From: Candidatus Algichlamydia australiensis
GTDB taxonomy: Bacteria > Chlamydiota > Chlamydiia > Chlamydiales > JAJFMI01
Assembly: GCA_033977065.1 (NCBI GenBank)
Contig: JAXCHI010000002.1
Span: 128,001 to 192,000 of the forward strand
Direction: 5' to 3'
Length of the DNA: 64,000 bases
In this document: piece by piece, positions 9,623-19,673 of the stretch
Position numbering within the stretch: position 1 is the stretch's first letter
Layout: every line of letters starts with the position of its first letter
The notes under the pieces: generated by a model
Databases searched by the model: none
What the model saw: only the letters and a program-made list of their open reading frames with translations
Told to the model about the DNA's origin: nothing
Made by a program: the position numbers and the translations under genes

Positions 9623-10187
9623 AATTGCATTTTTCGGTGGGTCTTTTGACCCTGTCCATCTTGGCCATTTAAATCTTATTGTCTCAATGAGAGAGAGGTG
9701 GGAATTAGATGAAATCATCATCAGTCCTGTTTTTTGTTCTCCGTTCAAAGAGAATGACCCTCCGATCGCATCTCCTGAACATCGCCTAAAAATGTGTGAA
9801 ATTGCTTTCTCAGATATTCCAGGTGTGCACGTTTCCGATAGAGAAGTAAAGAGAGGGGGGCCTTCATTTACTATTGAAAGCATTGAAACTCTCTATGAAG
9901 ATCATAAAGAAAAAATTTTTCTTATACTAAGTGAAGATGTAGCAGAACATCTTCTGAATTGGAAAAACGCAAAAAAATTACTTGAAATCTCAACTCCTTT
10001 GATTTGCGATCGGAAATTAGGACGATTAGACAGCCTACCTCTCGAGATCAAAAAAAATATTACCACACTTCCGCTCTTCGAAGTCTCTAGCACTGAAGTG
10101 CGTGCGCGCCTCAAAAAAAAGCTTTATTGTAGGCATCTTCTTCCAAGTAAAGTCCTGGACTACATATATCAAAATGATTTATACTAG
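9606..10187 (+). CDS. nadD: Nicotinate-nucleotide adenylyltransferase
   Basis: FGGSFDPVHLGH, SFTIESI, VSSTEVR; upstream of rsfS. Confidence 0.92.
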   Translation: MRSQSKIAFFGGSFDPVHLGHLNLIVSMRERWELDEIIISPVFCSPFKENDPPIASPEHRLKMCEIAFSDIPGVHVSDREVKRGGPSFTIESIETLYEDHKEKIFLILSEDVAEHLLNWKNAKKLLEISTPLICDRKLGRLDSLPLEIKKNITTLPLFEVSSTEVRARLKKKLYCRHLLPSKVLDYIYQNDLY

Positions 10188-10195
10188 TACCCATC

Positions 10196-10555
10196 ATGAG
10201 TACAGACAAAGAACAAAACATTCAACTTGCAGCTAAAATTATTTCTGACAAAAAGGGGGACAATATTGTCGGCCTTGATGTCAGCGAAGTCTCTTCAATG
10301 ACCAACCATATTCTCATTGCAGAGGGGATGATCGATCGCCATGTTGTTGCGATGGCTAAAACTCTGCAAGCAGAAATGAAGGAGGCCGGAAACCCTCCGA
10401 CACGTGTAGAGGGAGTAGAAAGTGGTGATTGGGTTGTGCTTGACTTTGTTGACTTAATCGTTCATATTTTCACTCCACAGATGAGGGAGCTTTTTCAGCT
10501 CGAAAAGCTCTTCCAATCTGCAAAACCTCTCAACTTAAATTTACAAAACGCATGA
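10196..10555 (+). CDS. rsfS: Ribosome silencing factor
   Basis: DKKGDNI, EG..GDWVVLDFVDLIVHIF, LEKLF. Confidence 0.93.
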   Translation: MSTDKEQNIQLAAKIISDKKGDNIVGLDVSEVSSMTNHILIAEGMIDRHVVAMAKTLQAEMKEAGNPPTRVEGVESGDWVVLDFVDLIVHIFTPQMRELFQLEKLFQSAKPLNLNLQNA

Positions 10556-11799
10556 AGAAAAAAAGAGTAGTTGTTACGGGAATGGGGCTAGTTTCCTGTT
10601 TCGGAAGTGACATTGATACATTTTACGAAAAGCTATTGAAAGGGGAGAGTGGTATCTCTTCTATCGAATCTTTTGATGTTTCTGATTACCCTACGCGCTT
10701 CGCTGGAGAGATCAAAGAAGTTGACTCTGAAGGCTACATCGATAAGAAGCAGGCAAGACGGGTCGATCCCTACATTCGCTACACTATGGTCGCGGGAAAT
10801 CGCGCAATCGAAAATGCAAACCTTGATGATAGCAGAATCAATAAGGAGCGTGTTGGTGTTATTATCGGTTCTGGCATGGGAGGCATGCATACTTTTGAAA
10901 ATGGTGTACACACTCTTACAAATCGCGGTTTTAATCGGTTAACCCCATTTTTTATTCCCTATGTGATCACAAATATGGGAGGATCGCTTCTCGCCACAGA
11001 TCACGGTTACATGGGTCCCAATTACTCGATTTCAACCGCTTGTGCAACAGCAAACTACTCAATTGTGGCAGCAGCGAACCATATCCGAAATGGCGATGCA
11101 GATGTGATGCTCTGTGGAGGGGCAGAAGCACCTCTTACGCCAGTTGGAGTGGCAGGCTTTGTCGTGATCAAAGCGCTTTCTACACGTAATGAAGAGCCTG
11201 AAAAAGCGGGACGTCCTTGGGACAAATCGCGTGATGGATTTGTGATGGGAGAGGGTTGCGGAGTCCTAGTACTTGAAAGTCTAGAACACGCTCAAGCTCG
11301 TGGAGCGACGATTCTTGCCGAATATCTCGGTGGTGCTTACTCCTGCGATGCCTATCATATGACAAGCCCGCGTGAAGATGGTTCAGGTGTTGCGATCTGT
11401 ATTGAAAATGCAATTAAAGATGCGGAAATTTCTCCTGAGCAAATCAATTATGTCAATGCCCACGCTACATGTACTCCAGTTGGAGATCTGTGTGAAATCC
11501 GTGCAATGAAAAAAGTCTTTGGTGGTCATATCAACAATATCGCGATCAATGCAACAAAGCCGATGACAGGGCACTGTCTCGGTGCCGCTGCCGCGATTGA
11601 GGGAGTTGCAACAATCAAAGCAATTCAAACAGGAAGGGTCCATCCGACGATCAATTGCGAAGATCCTGAAGATGAAGTAGCTGGTATCGACCTTGTGCGT
11701 GATGGCGCAAAAGAGATGAAAATTACAGCAGCCGCTTCAAATTCCTTTGGGTTTGGTGGGCATAACTCCACAGTCATTTTTGCACCCTACAATGGATAA
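10552..11799 (+). CDS. fabF: 3-oxoacyl-ACP synthase II
   Basis: RVVVTGMG, STACAT catalytic Cys, NAHAT, TGHCLGAA, NSFGFGGHN. Confidence 0.97.
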   Translation: MKKKRVVVTGMGLVSCFGSDIDTFYEKLLKGESGISSIESFDVSDYPTRFAGEIKEVDSEGYIDKKQARRVDPYIRYTMVAGNRAIENANLDDSRINKERVGVIIGSGMGGMHTFENGVHTLTNRGFNRLTPFFIPYVITNMGGSLLATDHGYMGPNYSISTACATANYSIVAAANHIRNGDADVMLCGGAEAPLTPVGVAGFVVIKALSTRNEEPEKAGRPWDKSRDGFVMGEGCGVLVLESLEHAQARGATILAEYLGGAYSCDAYHMTSPREDGSGVAICIENAIKDAEISPEQINYVNAHATCTPVGDLCEIRAMKKVFGGHINNIAINATKPMTGHCLGAAAAIEGVATIKAIQTGRVHPTINCEDPEDEVAGIDLVRDGAKEMKITAAASNSFGFGGHNSTVIFAPYNG

Positions 11800-12205
11800 G
11801 GAGATTTCCTTCGGCATTCTACCTCTTCGCAAGAGAGAAAAGGGATGGGAACTCTTTCTTGTACAGCATAAAAATGGCAATTTTTGGGGTTTCCCCAAAG
11901 GGCATGCGGATAAAGGAGAGTCTCCCTTTCAAACAGCTGCTCGAGAGTTAAAAGAGGAGACAGATCTTGATATAGAAAAATTTCTTACACTAAAGCCCTA
12001 CTCAGAAAATTACTCCTTTATGCGAGATGGACGCAGAATTAAAAAAGAGGTACACTACTACTCAGCCCTAGTAGAAGGGGAAGGCAAGCGGTGTCAGGAA
12101 GAACTTCTAGATGCTGGCTGGTTCCCCATTGATGAAGTAGAAAAAAAACTTACCTACCTAGAGGCAAAAAAAATATTTACTCGATTAAAAGAGGACTTAA
12201 AATGA
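11792..12205 (+). CDS. Nudix hydrolase (Ap4A hydrolase-like, CT771-like)
   Basis: WGFPKGH...TAARELKEET Nudix box. Confidence 0.9.
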   Translation: MDKEISFGILPLRKREKGWELFLVQHKNGNFWGFPKGHADKGESPFQTAARELKEETDLDIEKFLTLKPYSENYSFMRDGRRIKKEVHYYSALVEGEGKRCQEELLDAGWFPIDEVEKKLTYLEAKKIFTRLKEDLK

Positions 12206-12729
12206 TCAAAACTTTAGCACAGATTAAAAACAAAACTTTTGCAAAAGATGCTATACTCGTAGTTGGTGCTTCTCTTCTTATTGGGCTCTCTGCAAAAGTC
12301 CATATTCCTTTAGGGTTTACCCCCATTCCTCTTGCAATTCGCTCTCAACTCATTCTGTTTTTGGCACTTTTTTTAGGCCCAAAGCGTGCTGCTCTAGCAA
12401 CAGCAGGCTTCCTTCTTCAAGGGATTGCGGGTCTCCCAGTGTTTATGGGAGCTGGTCTAACGGGGCCGATGGCGGGCTATCTACTTGGGTATGTGGGCGC
12501 TGCCTATATAACAGGAAAACTTGCAGAAAGCTCTACAACTTATAAGCAAAATTTTATTGCAATGGGCGTAGGAGCGCTCGTGATCTATCTCTTTGGTGTG
12601 ATTGGATTAACTCCTTACGTTGGAAGCGTGCAAAAAGCTGTGTTACTTGGAGTGCTACCGTTTCTTCCAGGAGATCTACTAAAACTCGTACTTGCAACTA
12701 AGATTTCACAGCTTCGATTGAAGTTTTGA
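12202..12729 (+). CDS. bioY: Biotin transporter BioY
   Basis: PIPL, GLPVF, GPMAGYLLGY, PFLPGDLLK; hydrophobic. Confidence 0.9.
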   Translation: MIKTLAQIKNKTFAKDAILVVGASLLIGLSAKVHIPLGFTPIPLAIRSQLILFLALFLGPKRAALATAGFLLQGIAGLPVFMGAGLTGPMAGYLLGYVGAAYITGKLAESSTTYKQNFIAMGVGALVIYLFGVIGLTPYVGSVQKAVLLGVLPFLPGDLLKLVLATKISQLRLKF

Positions 12730-12951
12730 TCTAGTTTCAGTTACTCTCTGATCCGTTTTTCTAGTCGCTTCGGCGGTGCCTTTTGTAAACTTATGTGCAC
12801 CAATGATAACTTTACTGCGCTCGGTATTAACAGAAGGTTGAGCGCTTTTCCAAACACTCTTTGTTTTTTCTGACCCTCTACTCATCGCTTCGCTCTCATC
12901 AGGTTTTTTGGGTGCAGGTGTTCCGCCAGGGCCATTAACAGGTGTTGTCAT
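12706..12951 (-). CDS. Small hypothetical protein, possible type III secretion substrate
   Basis: AAGGAG SD before ATG; Pro/Gly/Thr-rich disordered N-terminus MTTPVNGPGGTPAP. Confidence 0.55.
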   Translation of the reverse strand: MTTPVNGPGGTPAPKKPDESEAMSRGSEKTKSVWKSAQPSVNTERSKVIIGAHKFTKGTAEATRKTDQRVTETRSKLQSKL

Positions 12952-13136
12952 AACTATCTCCTTCGTTTGTATCTATACTAGTTAATATAGTAAATTTTAG
13001 AAGTCAATCGATTTTATTTGGAAATCGTAAGAAATGTATCTAATTTTCATTACAAAATCATCCTTTTGTCTTCAACCTAAACACTTTGCCCTTTTTAAAT
13101 TTTTCAGATTTTTCTGAATGTGGTATGCTAGGAGCT

Positions 13137-15800
13137 ATGCAGCTACTATTTAAAATTCTCTCCAAGTTTCTCCTTACTATTTTAAAATTGCGCTACCGCT
13201 TCAAAGTTAAGGGTTTTAAGGAACTCAACCGCAAAGGAAGAGGCTATCTCTTTCTACCCAATCACCCCGCAGAAATTGACCCCATTATCATGATGGCTTT
13301 TTTAGGTGGTGATTTCCGTCCACGCCCTCTGGCAGTTGATCACTTCTATTACATGAAAGGTGCCAAACCTTTTATGGATTTTGTCAAAGCTCTTCCTATT
13401 CCTAATTTTGAGACCTCTGCTAACAGCTGGAAAATTAAGAGAGGGGAGAAGTGCCTCAAAGAGGTAGAAGAGGGACTGCGTCGTGGAGAAAACTTTTTAA
13501 TTTATCCTTCAGGAAATTTGCGCCGTTCTCCTCGTGAACGCATTGGGGGAAGCTCTTTTGTACATACGATTACAAAAGAAGTTCCTGAAGCGAATATAGT
13601 TTTAATTCGCACGACTGGGCTTTGGGGATCGATGTTTTCACGAGCCATCACAGGGAAGTCTCCCGACTTTTGGAAGACCCTTTCCACTGGATTCAAGTCG
13701 ATTTTAAAAAATGGAATCTTCTTTGTTCCTAAGCGTGAAGTGGAGATTGAATTTTTCCAGCCTAAAGAGCAACTGCCTCGGAACGAAGATCGCATGGTTT
13801 TTAACCGCTACTTAGAAAATTGGTACAATCAATATGGCGCCCCAGAGATCACTGGTGAACCGTTAAAACTTATCTCGTTGAGTCGCTTTAAAGAAGAGCT
13901 CCCGGAAGTGATTCCAATTGAAAAACAGCGTTTAACACGTGAGCAAGAAGTACCCGAGAATATTCGCCAAGATATCTATGCAAAGTTAGCGGAAACAGCA
14001 GAAATTGATATCGCTAAAATTTCTGATGAGAAAGATCTCTCTTCCGACCTGGGTCTTGACTCTCTAGATGTTGCCGACATGCTTGCCTATCTTGATCACA
14101 AATATGAGGTGCAGAGCAATCGTCCAGGTGATCTGCTTACAGTACGCGATCTTTTGGACGTGGCAATGGGAGAGAAAATTTCAGAAGAAGAGGCCTCGCC
14201 TCTACCACCTGATCTTACTTGGGAAGAAGAAGCGAGTCGTCCTAATCCCGGTTTTGCACAAGGAGAGACAATACCTGAAGCCTTTTTAACAACATGCAAA
14301 AAAATGGGAGATCATGCTGCTGGAGCTGATGCCAATTCAGGGATCTTGTCTTACAAACGGATGCGAAAGGGTGCTTTTGTTTTGGCAGAGTATTTCAAAA
14401 CTCTACCAGGTGAGAACATCGGTGTGATGATTCCTGCTTCAGCCGCAACCTACATCGTTGTGCTTGCGTGCTATTTTGCGAAAAAAACGCCTGTGATGCT
14501 CAACTGGACGGTAGGACCGCGCAATCTCAGTCATGCAGTTAACGTGGCTGAAGTTGAGGTTATTTTGACCTCACGGCGCTTTTTGGAGCGTGCCGAAACT
14601 CTTGAAATTGGGGACCTTGATGAGAAGCTTAAAATGTTGGAAGATATAAAAGCAGAGCTCTCTTTAAAACAGAAATTGACAGGTGTTTTCAAAACATTTA
14701 CCAAACCTAAGTTTCCAAATCCTAAAGATACTGCAGTACTGCTCTTCACAAGCGGTACAGAAAACCTTCCAAAAGCAGTTCCTCTTACTCATAAAAATAT
14801 TTTAGAAAATCAGCGCGCCGCTCTAAGTTGCATCGATCCGTGCACAACCGATGTCATGCTCGGCTGTCTGCCTCCTTTTCACTCTTTTGGCTTCTCTGTC
14901 ACAGGACTCCTGCCTCTTCTCTCGGGCTTCCGTGTCTTCTATTCACCTGACCCAACAGATAGCAAACTTTTAGCAGAAATGTGTGGACAGTGGCGCATTA
15001 CAATGACCTGCTTAGCGCCAAGTTTTTATCGCAATTTAATCAAGCTTGCAACAGCTGAGCAGCTTGCTTATGTGCGCTATTTTGTCACTGGAGCAGAAAA
15101 GGCACCGGAAGAGCTCTATCGGGAAGTTGAACGTCGCTTCCCTAATGGGCAAGTGATTGAAGGGTACGGTATTACAGAGTGTGCCCCAATCGTAACAATG
15201 ACCCGTCCTGAGCTCTCTCCACGCGGTGTTGGGCAGCCACTTCCTGGAATTGATCTCTGCGTCATCCACCAGGAAACAGAAAAAGTTCTGTCACAAGGCG
15301 AATCGGGAGAAGTCTGCATCAAAGGTCCCAACGTCTTTCCCGGCTACCTCGGTAAAGATGCGCCCAACCCTTTTATTGAAATCGAAGGAGAGCGCTGGTA
15401 CCGTAGTGGCGACATTGGTCGCTTAGATGAAGAGAACTTTTTGCTTTTTGAAGGACGACTGAAGCGCTTTGTGAAAATTGGCGGAGAGATGCTGAGCCTG
15501 AACGCAATGGAAAATGTTCTGCTTGAAGAGGGGGCAAAGCGTAACTGGTTTGATGCAGAACACGACAAATACCCTCTAGCTGTCTGCGCCTTGGAAGAGG
15601 GCGAAACAGCACAACTCATCCTGGTTACAACCTTTGACTTGGAAAAAGAGGAGGCGAACCGCGCTTTGCGAGAAGGAGGCCTTGGCCGTATTGCCAAAGT
15701 TTCTACTGTCAAGCGTGTGGAAGAAATTCCTTTAACTGGAACGGGAAAAGTGCACTTAAAAGGATTAATTGATTTAGTTGAGAAGCTTGTTCATGGTTAA
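13137..15800 (+). CDS. aas: Acyltransferase-ACP-acyl-ACP synthetase fusion (Aas-like)
   Basis: NHPAEID (HX4D) PlsC domain, DLGLDSLD phosphopantetheine motif, FTSGTENLPK / EGYGITE / YRSGD AMP-binding motifs. Confidence 0.88.
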   Translation: MQLLFKILSKFLLTILKLRYRFKVKGFKELNRKGRGYLFLPNHPAEIDPIIMMAFLGGDFRPRPLAVDHFYYMKGAKPFMDFVKALPIPNFETSANSWKIKRGEKCLKEVEEGLRRGENFLIYPSGNLRRSPRERIGGSSFVHTITKEVPEANIVLIRTTGLWGSMFSRAITGKSPDFWKTLSTGFKSILKNGIFFVPKREVEIEFFQPKEQLPRNEDRMVFNRYLENWYNQYGAPEITGEPLKLISLSRFKEELPEVIPIEKQRLTREQEVPENIRQDIYAKLAETAEIDIAKISDEKDLSSDLGLDSLDVADMLAYLDHKYEVQSNRPGDLLTVRDLLDVAMGEKISEEEASPLPPDLTWEEEASRPNPGFAQGETIPEAFLTTCKKMGDHAAGADANSGILSYKRMRKGAFVLAEYFKTLPGENIGVMIPASAATYIVVLACYFAKKTPVMLNWTVGPRNLSHAVNVAEVEVILTSRRFLERAETLEIGDLDEKLKMLEDIKAELSLKQKLTGVFKTFTKPKFPNPKDTAVLLFTSGTENLPKAVPLTHKNILENQRAALSCIDPCTTDVMLGCLPPFHSFGFSVTGLLPLLSGFRVFYSPDPTDSKLLAEMCGQWRITMTCLAPSFYRNLIKLATAEQLAYVRYFVTGAEKAPEELYREVERRFPNGQVIEGYGITECAPIVTMTRPELSPRGVGQPLPGIDLCVIHQETEKVLSQGESGEVCIKGPNVFPGYLGKDAPNPFIEIEGERWYRSGDIGRLDEENFLLFEGRLKRFVKIGGEMLSLNAMENVLLEEGAKRNWFDAEHDKYPLAVCALEEGETAQLILVTTFDLEKEEANRALREGGLGRIAKVSTVKRVEEIPLTGTGKVHLKGLIDLVEKLVHG

Positions 15801-17193
15801 ATTTTTTAATACTCACACGCGCAAAAAAGAGAGTCTCAAACCGCAATCAGGGAAAACTTTTCGCATCTACACCTGCGGTCCTACAGTTTACGACTATGCA
15901 CACATCGGCAATTTTAGGACCTATGTTTTTGAGGACCTGCTGCGCCGCACCCTCCAATACTTTGGCTATAAAGTGCACCAAGTGATGAATATCACAGACG
16001 TGGATGATAAAACTATCCGAGGAGCATTGGCAAAGAAGCAGAGTCTCTCTGATTACACCAAACCCTACACAAAAGCCTTTTTTGAGGATTTGAAAACCCT
16101 CTTCATCGAACCAGTGGAAAGCTATCCAAAAGCGACCGACCACTTTCCAGAAATGATCGCCATGATCGAAACTCTTCTCAAAAAAGAGATCGCCTACAAA
16201 GGCTCTGACAATTCAATCTACTTTCGCATTGCAAGTTTTTCAAGCTACGGGAATCTCTCCCATCTTAAGCTTGATGAACTTGAACAGGGTGCCTCTGAGC
16301 GCGTAGCAAGTGATGAATATGAGAAAGAGACAGCAGCAGATTTTGTTCTCTGGAAAGCGTATGATGAGAAGCGAGACGGCAATATCTTTTGGGAGAGTCC
16401 ATTTGGCAAGGGTAGACCAGGCTGGCACCTTGAGTGCTCTGCTATGGCACGAAAACATTTAGGTGACACACTCGATATTCACTGCGGAGGAGTCGACAAC
16501 ATCTTTCCCCACCATGAAAATGAAATCGCCCAGTCAGAATGCTGCACAGGAAAAACCTTTGCGCGTCACTGGATGCACTCCGAGCATCTACTCGTCGACA
16601 ATAAAAAAATGAGCAAAAGCCTCGGAAATTTTTACACTCTGCGCAATCTTCTTGATAAAGGTTACAGTGGTAGAGAGGTGCGCTACCTGCTGCTTTCCAC
16701 CCACTACCGCACTCAGCTCAATTTTACTCTTGATGGCCTCACCGCCGCACGAAATTCGCTTAAACGCCTCGATGACTTTGTTCAGCGCCTAAAGCAAGCC
16801 CACGGAGCCGGCAACGCCACTGCCCTTATCACGGAAACTGAAAAACGCTTCTCTGATGGCTTAGCTGACGACCTCAATATTTCCGTCTCCTTAGCTGCCC
16901 TCTTTGATCTTGTGCGTGATGTAAACAGACTTATCGACAAACAAGAGTTGAGTGAGGAAGGGGCTCAAGAAGTTTTTTCCCTATTACAAAAATTCAATAC
17001 CGTTCTAGCTGCCCTAAATTTTGAAAAAAAAGAGTTATCCGTCCCAGCTGAGGTAGAAGAGCTTTTAACAAAACGCAATGCTGCGCGTAGCGCCAAAAAT
17101 TGGGCAGAAGCAGACCGTTTCCGCGATCAGATATTAGAGAAAGGCTTTACAATTGTTGATGAGCCTGGTGGGTCGCATCTTAAGGCGCTTTAA
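15793..17193 (+). CDS. cysS: Cysteine--tRNA ligase
   Basis: CGPTVYDYAHIGN, GRPGWHLECSAM, FPHHENE, KMSKS. Confidence 0.98.
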   Translation: MVKFFNTHTRKKESLKPQSGKTFRIYTCGPTVYDYAHIGNFRTYVFEDLLRRTLQYFGYKVHQVMNITDVDDKTIRGALAKKQSLSDYTKPYTKAFFEDLKTLFIEPVESYPKATDHFPEMIAMIETLLKKEIAYKGSDNSIYFRIASFSSYGNLSHLKLDELEQGASERVASDEYEKETAADFVLWKAYDEKRDGNIFWESPFGKGRPGWHLECSAMARKHLGDTLDIHCGGVDNIFPHHENEIAQSECCTGKTFARHWMHSEHLLVDNKKMSKSLGNFYTLRNLLDKGYSGREVRYLLLSTHYRTQLNFTLDGLTAARNSLKRLDDFVQRLKQAHGAGNATALITETEKRFSDGLADDLNISVSLAALFDLVRDVNRLIDKQELSEEGAQEVFSLLQKFNTVLAALNFEKKELSVPAEVEELLTKRNAARSAKNWAEADRFRDQILEKGFTIVDEPGGSHLKAL

Positions 17194-17203
17194 GATTTCT
17201 TCT

Positions 17204-17260
17204 AAACTCAAGTTGCTACCCAGTCTCTCCAGAGGGGGAACGGGGTAGCAACTTGAGTTT
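17204..17260. repeat. Internally deleted hairpin element of family A; could serve as cysS terminator
   Basis: aaactcaagttgctaccc...gggtagcaacttgagttt 18-bp IR, same ends as 49481-49646 and 58503-58668. Confidence 0.8.
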
Positions 17261-17396
17261 CTAATCCTTTGTATTATAAAAAATAAATATTATTTAATTT
17301 TTTAATTACTGTTGAGTCAAAAATAGTCTGCGTTTACATGTTTTTTAATTGGTAATGTGGTAAGATATTCTTTTTATAATTCATTAAGGGAGTAGC

Positions 17397-18242
17397 ATGA
17401 AAAAGCTTGGGACGTCATTTTTTATCTTTTTTAGCCTATTTGGATCGATTGATCTTGGAAAGACCCCTCAACGAGCTAAATTTGTACAACAAGAGGTGTT
17501 TACAGTCTCTTTAAAAGAGCGTTATCGACTGAACAATCGTACTTTTCACGTTGTCTTAGAGGCTCCAGAAATTTCTTATACTCCTGGCTCTGTAATTGCT
17601 ATTTATCCTGAAAGCTCTTCGGAGACATTTCGGCCTCGCCATCGCTACTATTCAATTGCATCTTCATTAAAAGCAACTCCAGGAGAAATTCATTTAACAG
17701 TTGTCACATTTACAAAAGAGAAAGATGGTCATAAAACTCCTGGTCTTTGTAGCAACTTTCTTTGCAAAGAGGCAAAAATTGGACAGAAAATTAACTGCTT
17801 TATTCCAAGTAAAAAAAAGTTTTCCCCGCCAAAAAGTCCCGATTCGCCTGTTATCATGATTAGTTCAGGCGCAGGCATTGCTCCATTTCGTGGCTTTATG
17901 CAAGAGCGCAGTCAGACCCCCTCAAAGAATTGGCTTATCCATGGGGGACGCACTTACAAAGATGATTTTTACTACCAAGAGGAGTGGGAAAGACTCATAG
18001 CTTCAGATCATCTAAAAGTGACAACAGCATTTTCGCGAGATCAGGATGAAAAAATTTATGTTCAACACCGCATGCATGAGCACGCAGAAGAGATTCGCAA
18101 GTGGATTGATGAAGGCGCTGTAGTGTACATCTGTGGAAACTCAAAACAGATGGTGAAAGATGTGACAAAAACACTAGAAGAGATCTTAGGTAGCAAAGAA
18201 CAGGTAGATAGCTTGCGAAAAGCGGGCCGCCTCTTTCCTTAA
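17397..18242 (+). CDS. Ferredoxin-NADP reductase-like / CysJ-type flavoprotein (FAD and NADPH domains, no flavodoxin)
   Basis: RYYSIASS, GLCSNFL, GAGIAPFRGF, AFSRDQDEKIYVQ, VYICG; hydrophobic N-terminus. Confidence 0.8.
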   Translation: MKKLGTSFFIFFSLFGSIDLGKTPQRAKFVQQEVFTVSLKERYRLNNRTFHVVLEAPEISYTPGSVIAIYPESSSETFRPRHRYYSIASSLKATPGEIHLTVVTFTKEKDGHKTPGLCSNFLCKEAKIGQKINCFIPSKKKFSPPKSPDSPVIMISSGAGIAPFRGFMQERSQTPSKNWLIHGGRTYKDDFYYQEEWERLIASDHLKVTTAFSRDQDEKIYVQHRMHEHAEEIRKWIDEGAVVYICGNSKQMVKDVTKTLEEILGSKEQVDSLRKAGRLFP

Positions 18243-18258
18243 CCTATTCAGTGATTCT

Positions 18259-19617
18259 TTAATTGGCTTTTTTAGCTAAAGGAGAAAACCCTGAAGGAGC
18301 GCCTTTTTCAACAAGAAAATCATGTAGGCCATGGAGCTTATTCTTGTCTGCTTCTAAAACTTCGTCAGAATTAAGGTTATTTGTGATGATTCTAGTTATT
18401 GCTAGTCCCTTATCATCACGCTTATTTAGCAATTCTGAAAGTTGTTCAGGGTTTTTTTGGAACATGATATCGATAAATTGACGAAAGTTATCCAAATCTA
18501 CCAATCCATCGATTAAAACATAAATTAGAGATTGGTAAATATTGTATACACGAAAATCATAACCTAGATCAAAAAAGTTATGCAGTATGTCAGGAGGGGT
18601 TGAAACAGAAATATCTGTTATTTTAGGGAGGAGAGGTTCGATTTTATTTGGATACTCTTCAAGCAAAAGCCTCATTATTTTGAAAGTTACCTCATTAATT
18701 TTCTCTTCAAATTGATCTCGTCGGAATGAATAACAATCGGCTGGAACCCAACAGCCGTTAAACAAGAGTTCAATAAAGGTGGTTTTTTCTGAGCTCTTTG
18801 CATCAAGAGTATGAGAATTGATCTCTAATAAAAACAAAAAGGAATCGTAGTTTAATATTGTCCATTTATATAAAAAGTTGTCGAATAACTTAGGTGTACT
18901 TAACTCATTTTTGACCTTTTCTCCCGAAGAAGGCTCATTAAATTTATACAGTGTTTTCGCTTCTTCGAGATTATTAGATTCTATGAAAGCCCAGAAGAAA
19001 GAAGATGCATTTTTACGGATAAGATCGGGATGATTTTTTTTAAGAAACTGGTAGCAACTAGTTTGATTGGCACTAGTAATATTCGAAACTACCTGAGATA
19101 TGAGGGTTTCTTCAAATTTACTAGACATATTTATGTATCCAAACCCATTTCCAATTTTTAAATACCATTCGATATAGGTTGGGTCATCATTTTTAAAGCT
19201 ATCTAACGCTTTAAAAATTTTGTTTCTAGCATTGAATATTGAGAAGAAAATATTTCCAACTGTTAACACGGTTAAAAAGGAAATGAATACTTGTGATGAT
19301 TTTCCAGAAAATTCTAAATTTGTAGAGTTGCATTTTTTAAAAATAGGTCTAAAAATATTAAATAGGGCAAAATTAAAATAAATAGAGAACTTTATTCCCG
19401 CAATTATATAAGGAATAGAAAGCTTTTGCACCCTCTCTCTTTTCTCAATTGGACCTACAAGATGATCTTCATTAAGTGCTCTTCCAACTGAATCAATGAG
19501 CACATTTATTGCCACAGCGGTTACTGTAGCTCTGTTTAAATACAGAGGTGCTAATCTCTGAATACCAGATAAGGAGAAAGCAGCGCATTTAGAAAGCGCA
19601 CACGTAATATTACTCAT
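18259..19617 (-). CDS. Hypothetical protein, paralog of 19674-21059; putative secreted or inclusion-membrane effector
   Basis: 452-aa AT-rich ORF; N-terminal hydrophobic segments; shared C-terminus LHxFLVEKGAPSGF. Confidence 0.6.
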   Translation of the reverse strand: MSNITCALSKCAAFSLSGIQRLAPLYLNRATVTAVAINVLIDSVGRALNEDHLVGPIEKRERVQKLSIPYIIAGIKFSIYFNFALFNIFRPIFKKCNSTNLEFSGKSSQVFISFLTVLTVGNIFFSIFNARNKIFKALDSFKNDDPTYIEWYLKIGNGFGYINMSSKFEETLISQVVSNITSANQTSCYQFLKKNHPDLIRKNASSFFWAFIESNNLEEAKTLYKFNEPSSGEKVKNELSTPKLFDNFLYKWTILNYDSFLFLLEINSHTLDAKSSEKTTFIELLFNGCWVPADCYSFRRDQFEEKINEVTFKIMRLLLEEYPNKIEPLLPKITDISVSTPPDILHNFFDLGYDFRVYNIYQSLIYVLIDGLVDLDNFRQFIDIMFQKNPEQLSELLNKRDDKGLAITRIITNNLNSDEVLEADKNKLHGLHDFLVEKGAPSGFSPLAKKAN

Positions 19618-19673
19618 TTTATCATCTCTCGGGGTTTGTATTTTGTTTCATAGAACTAAATATTAATTTTATT

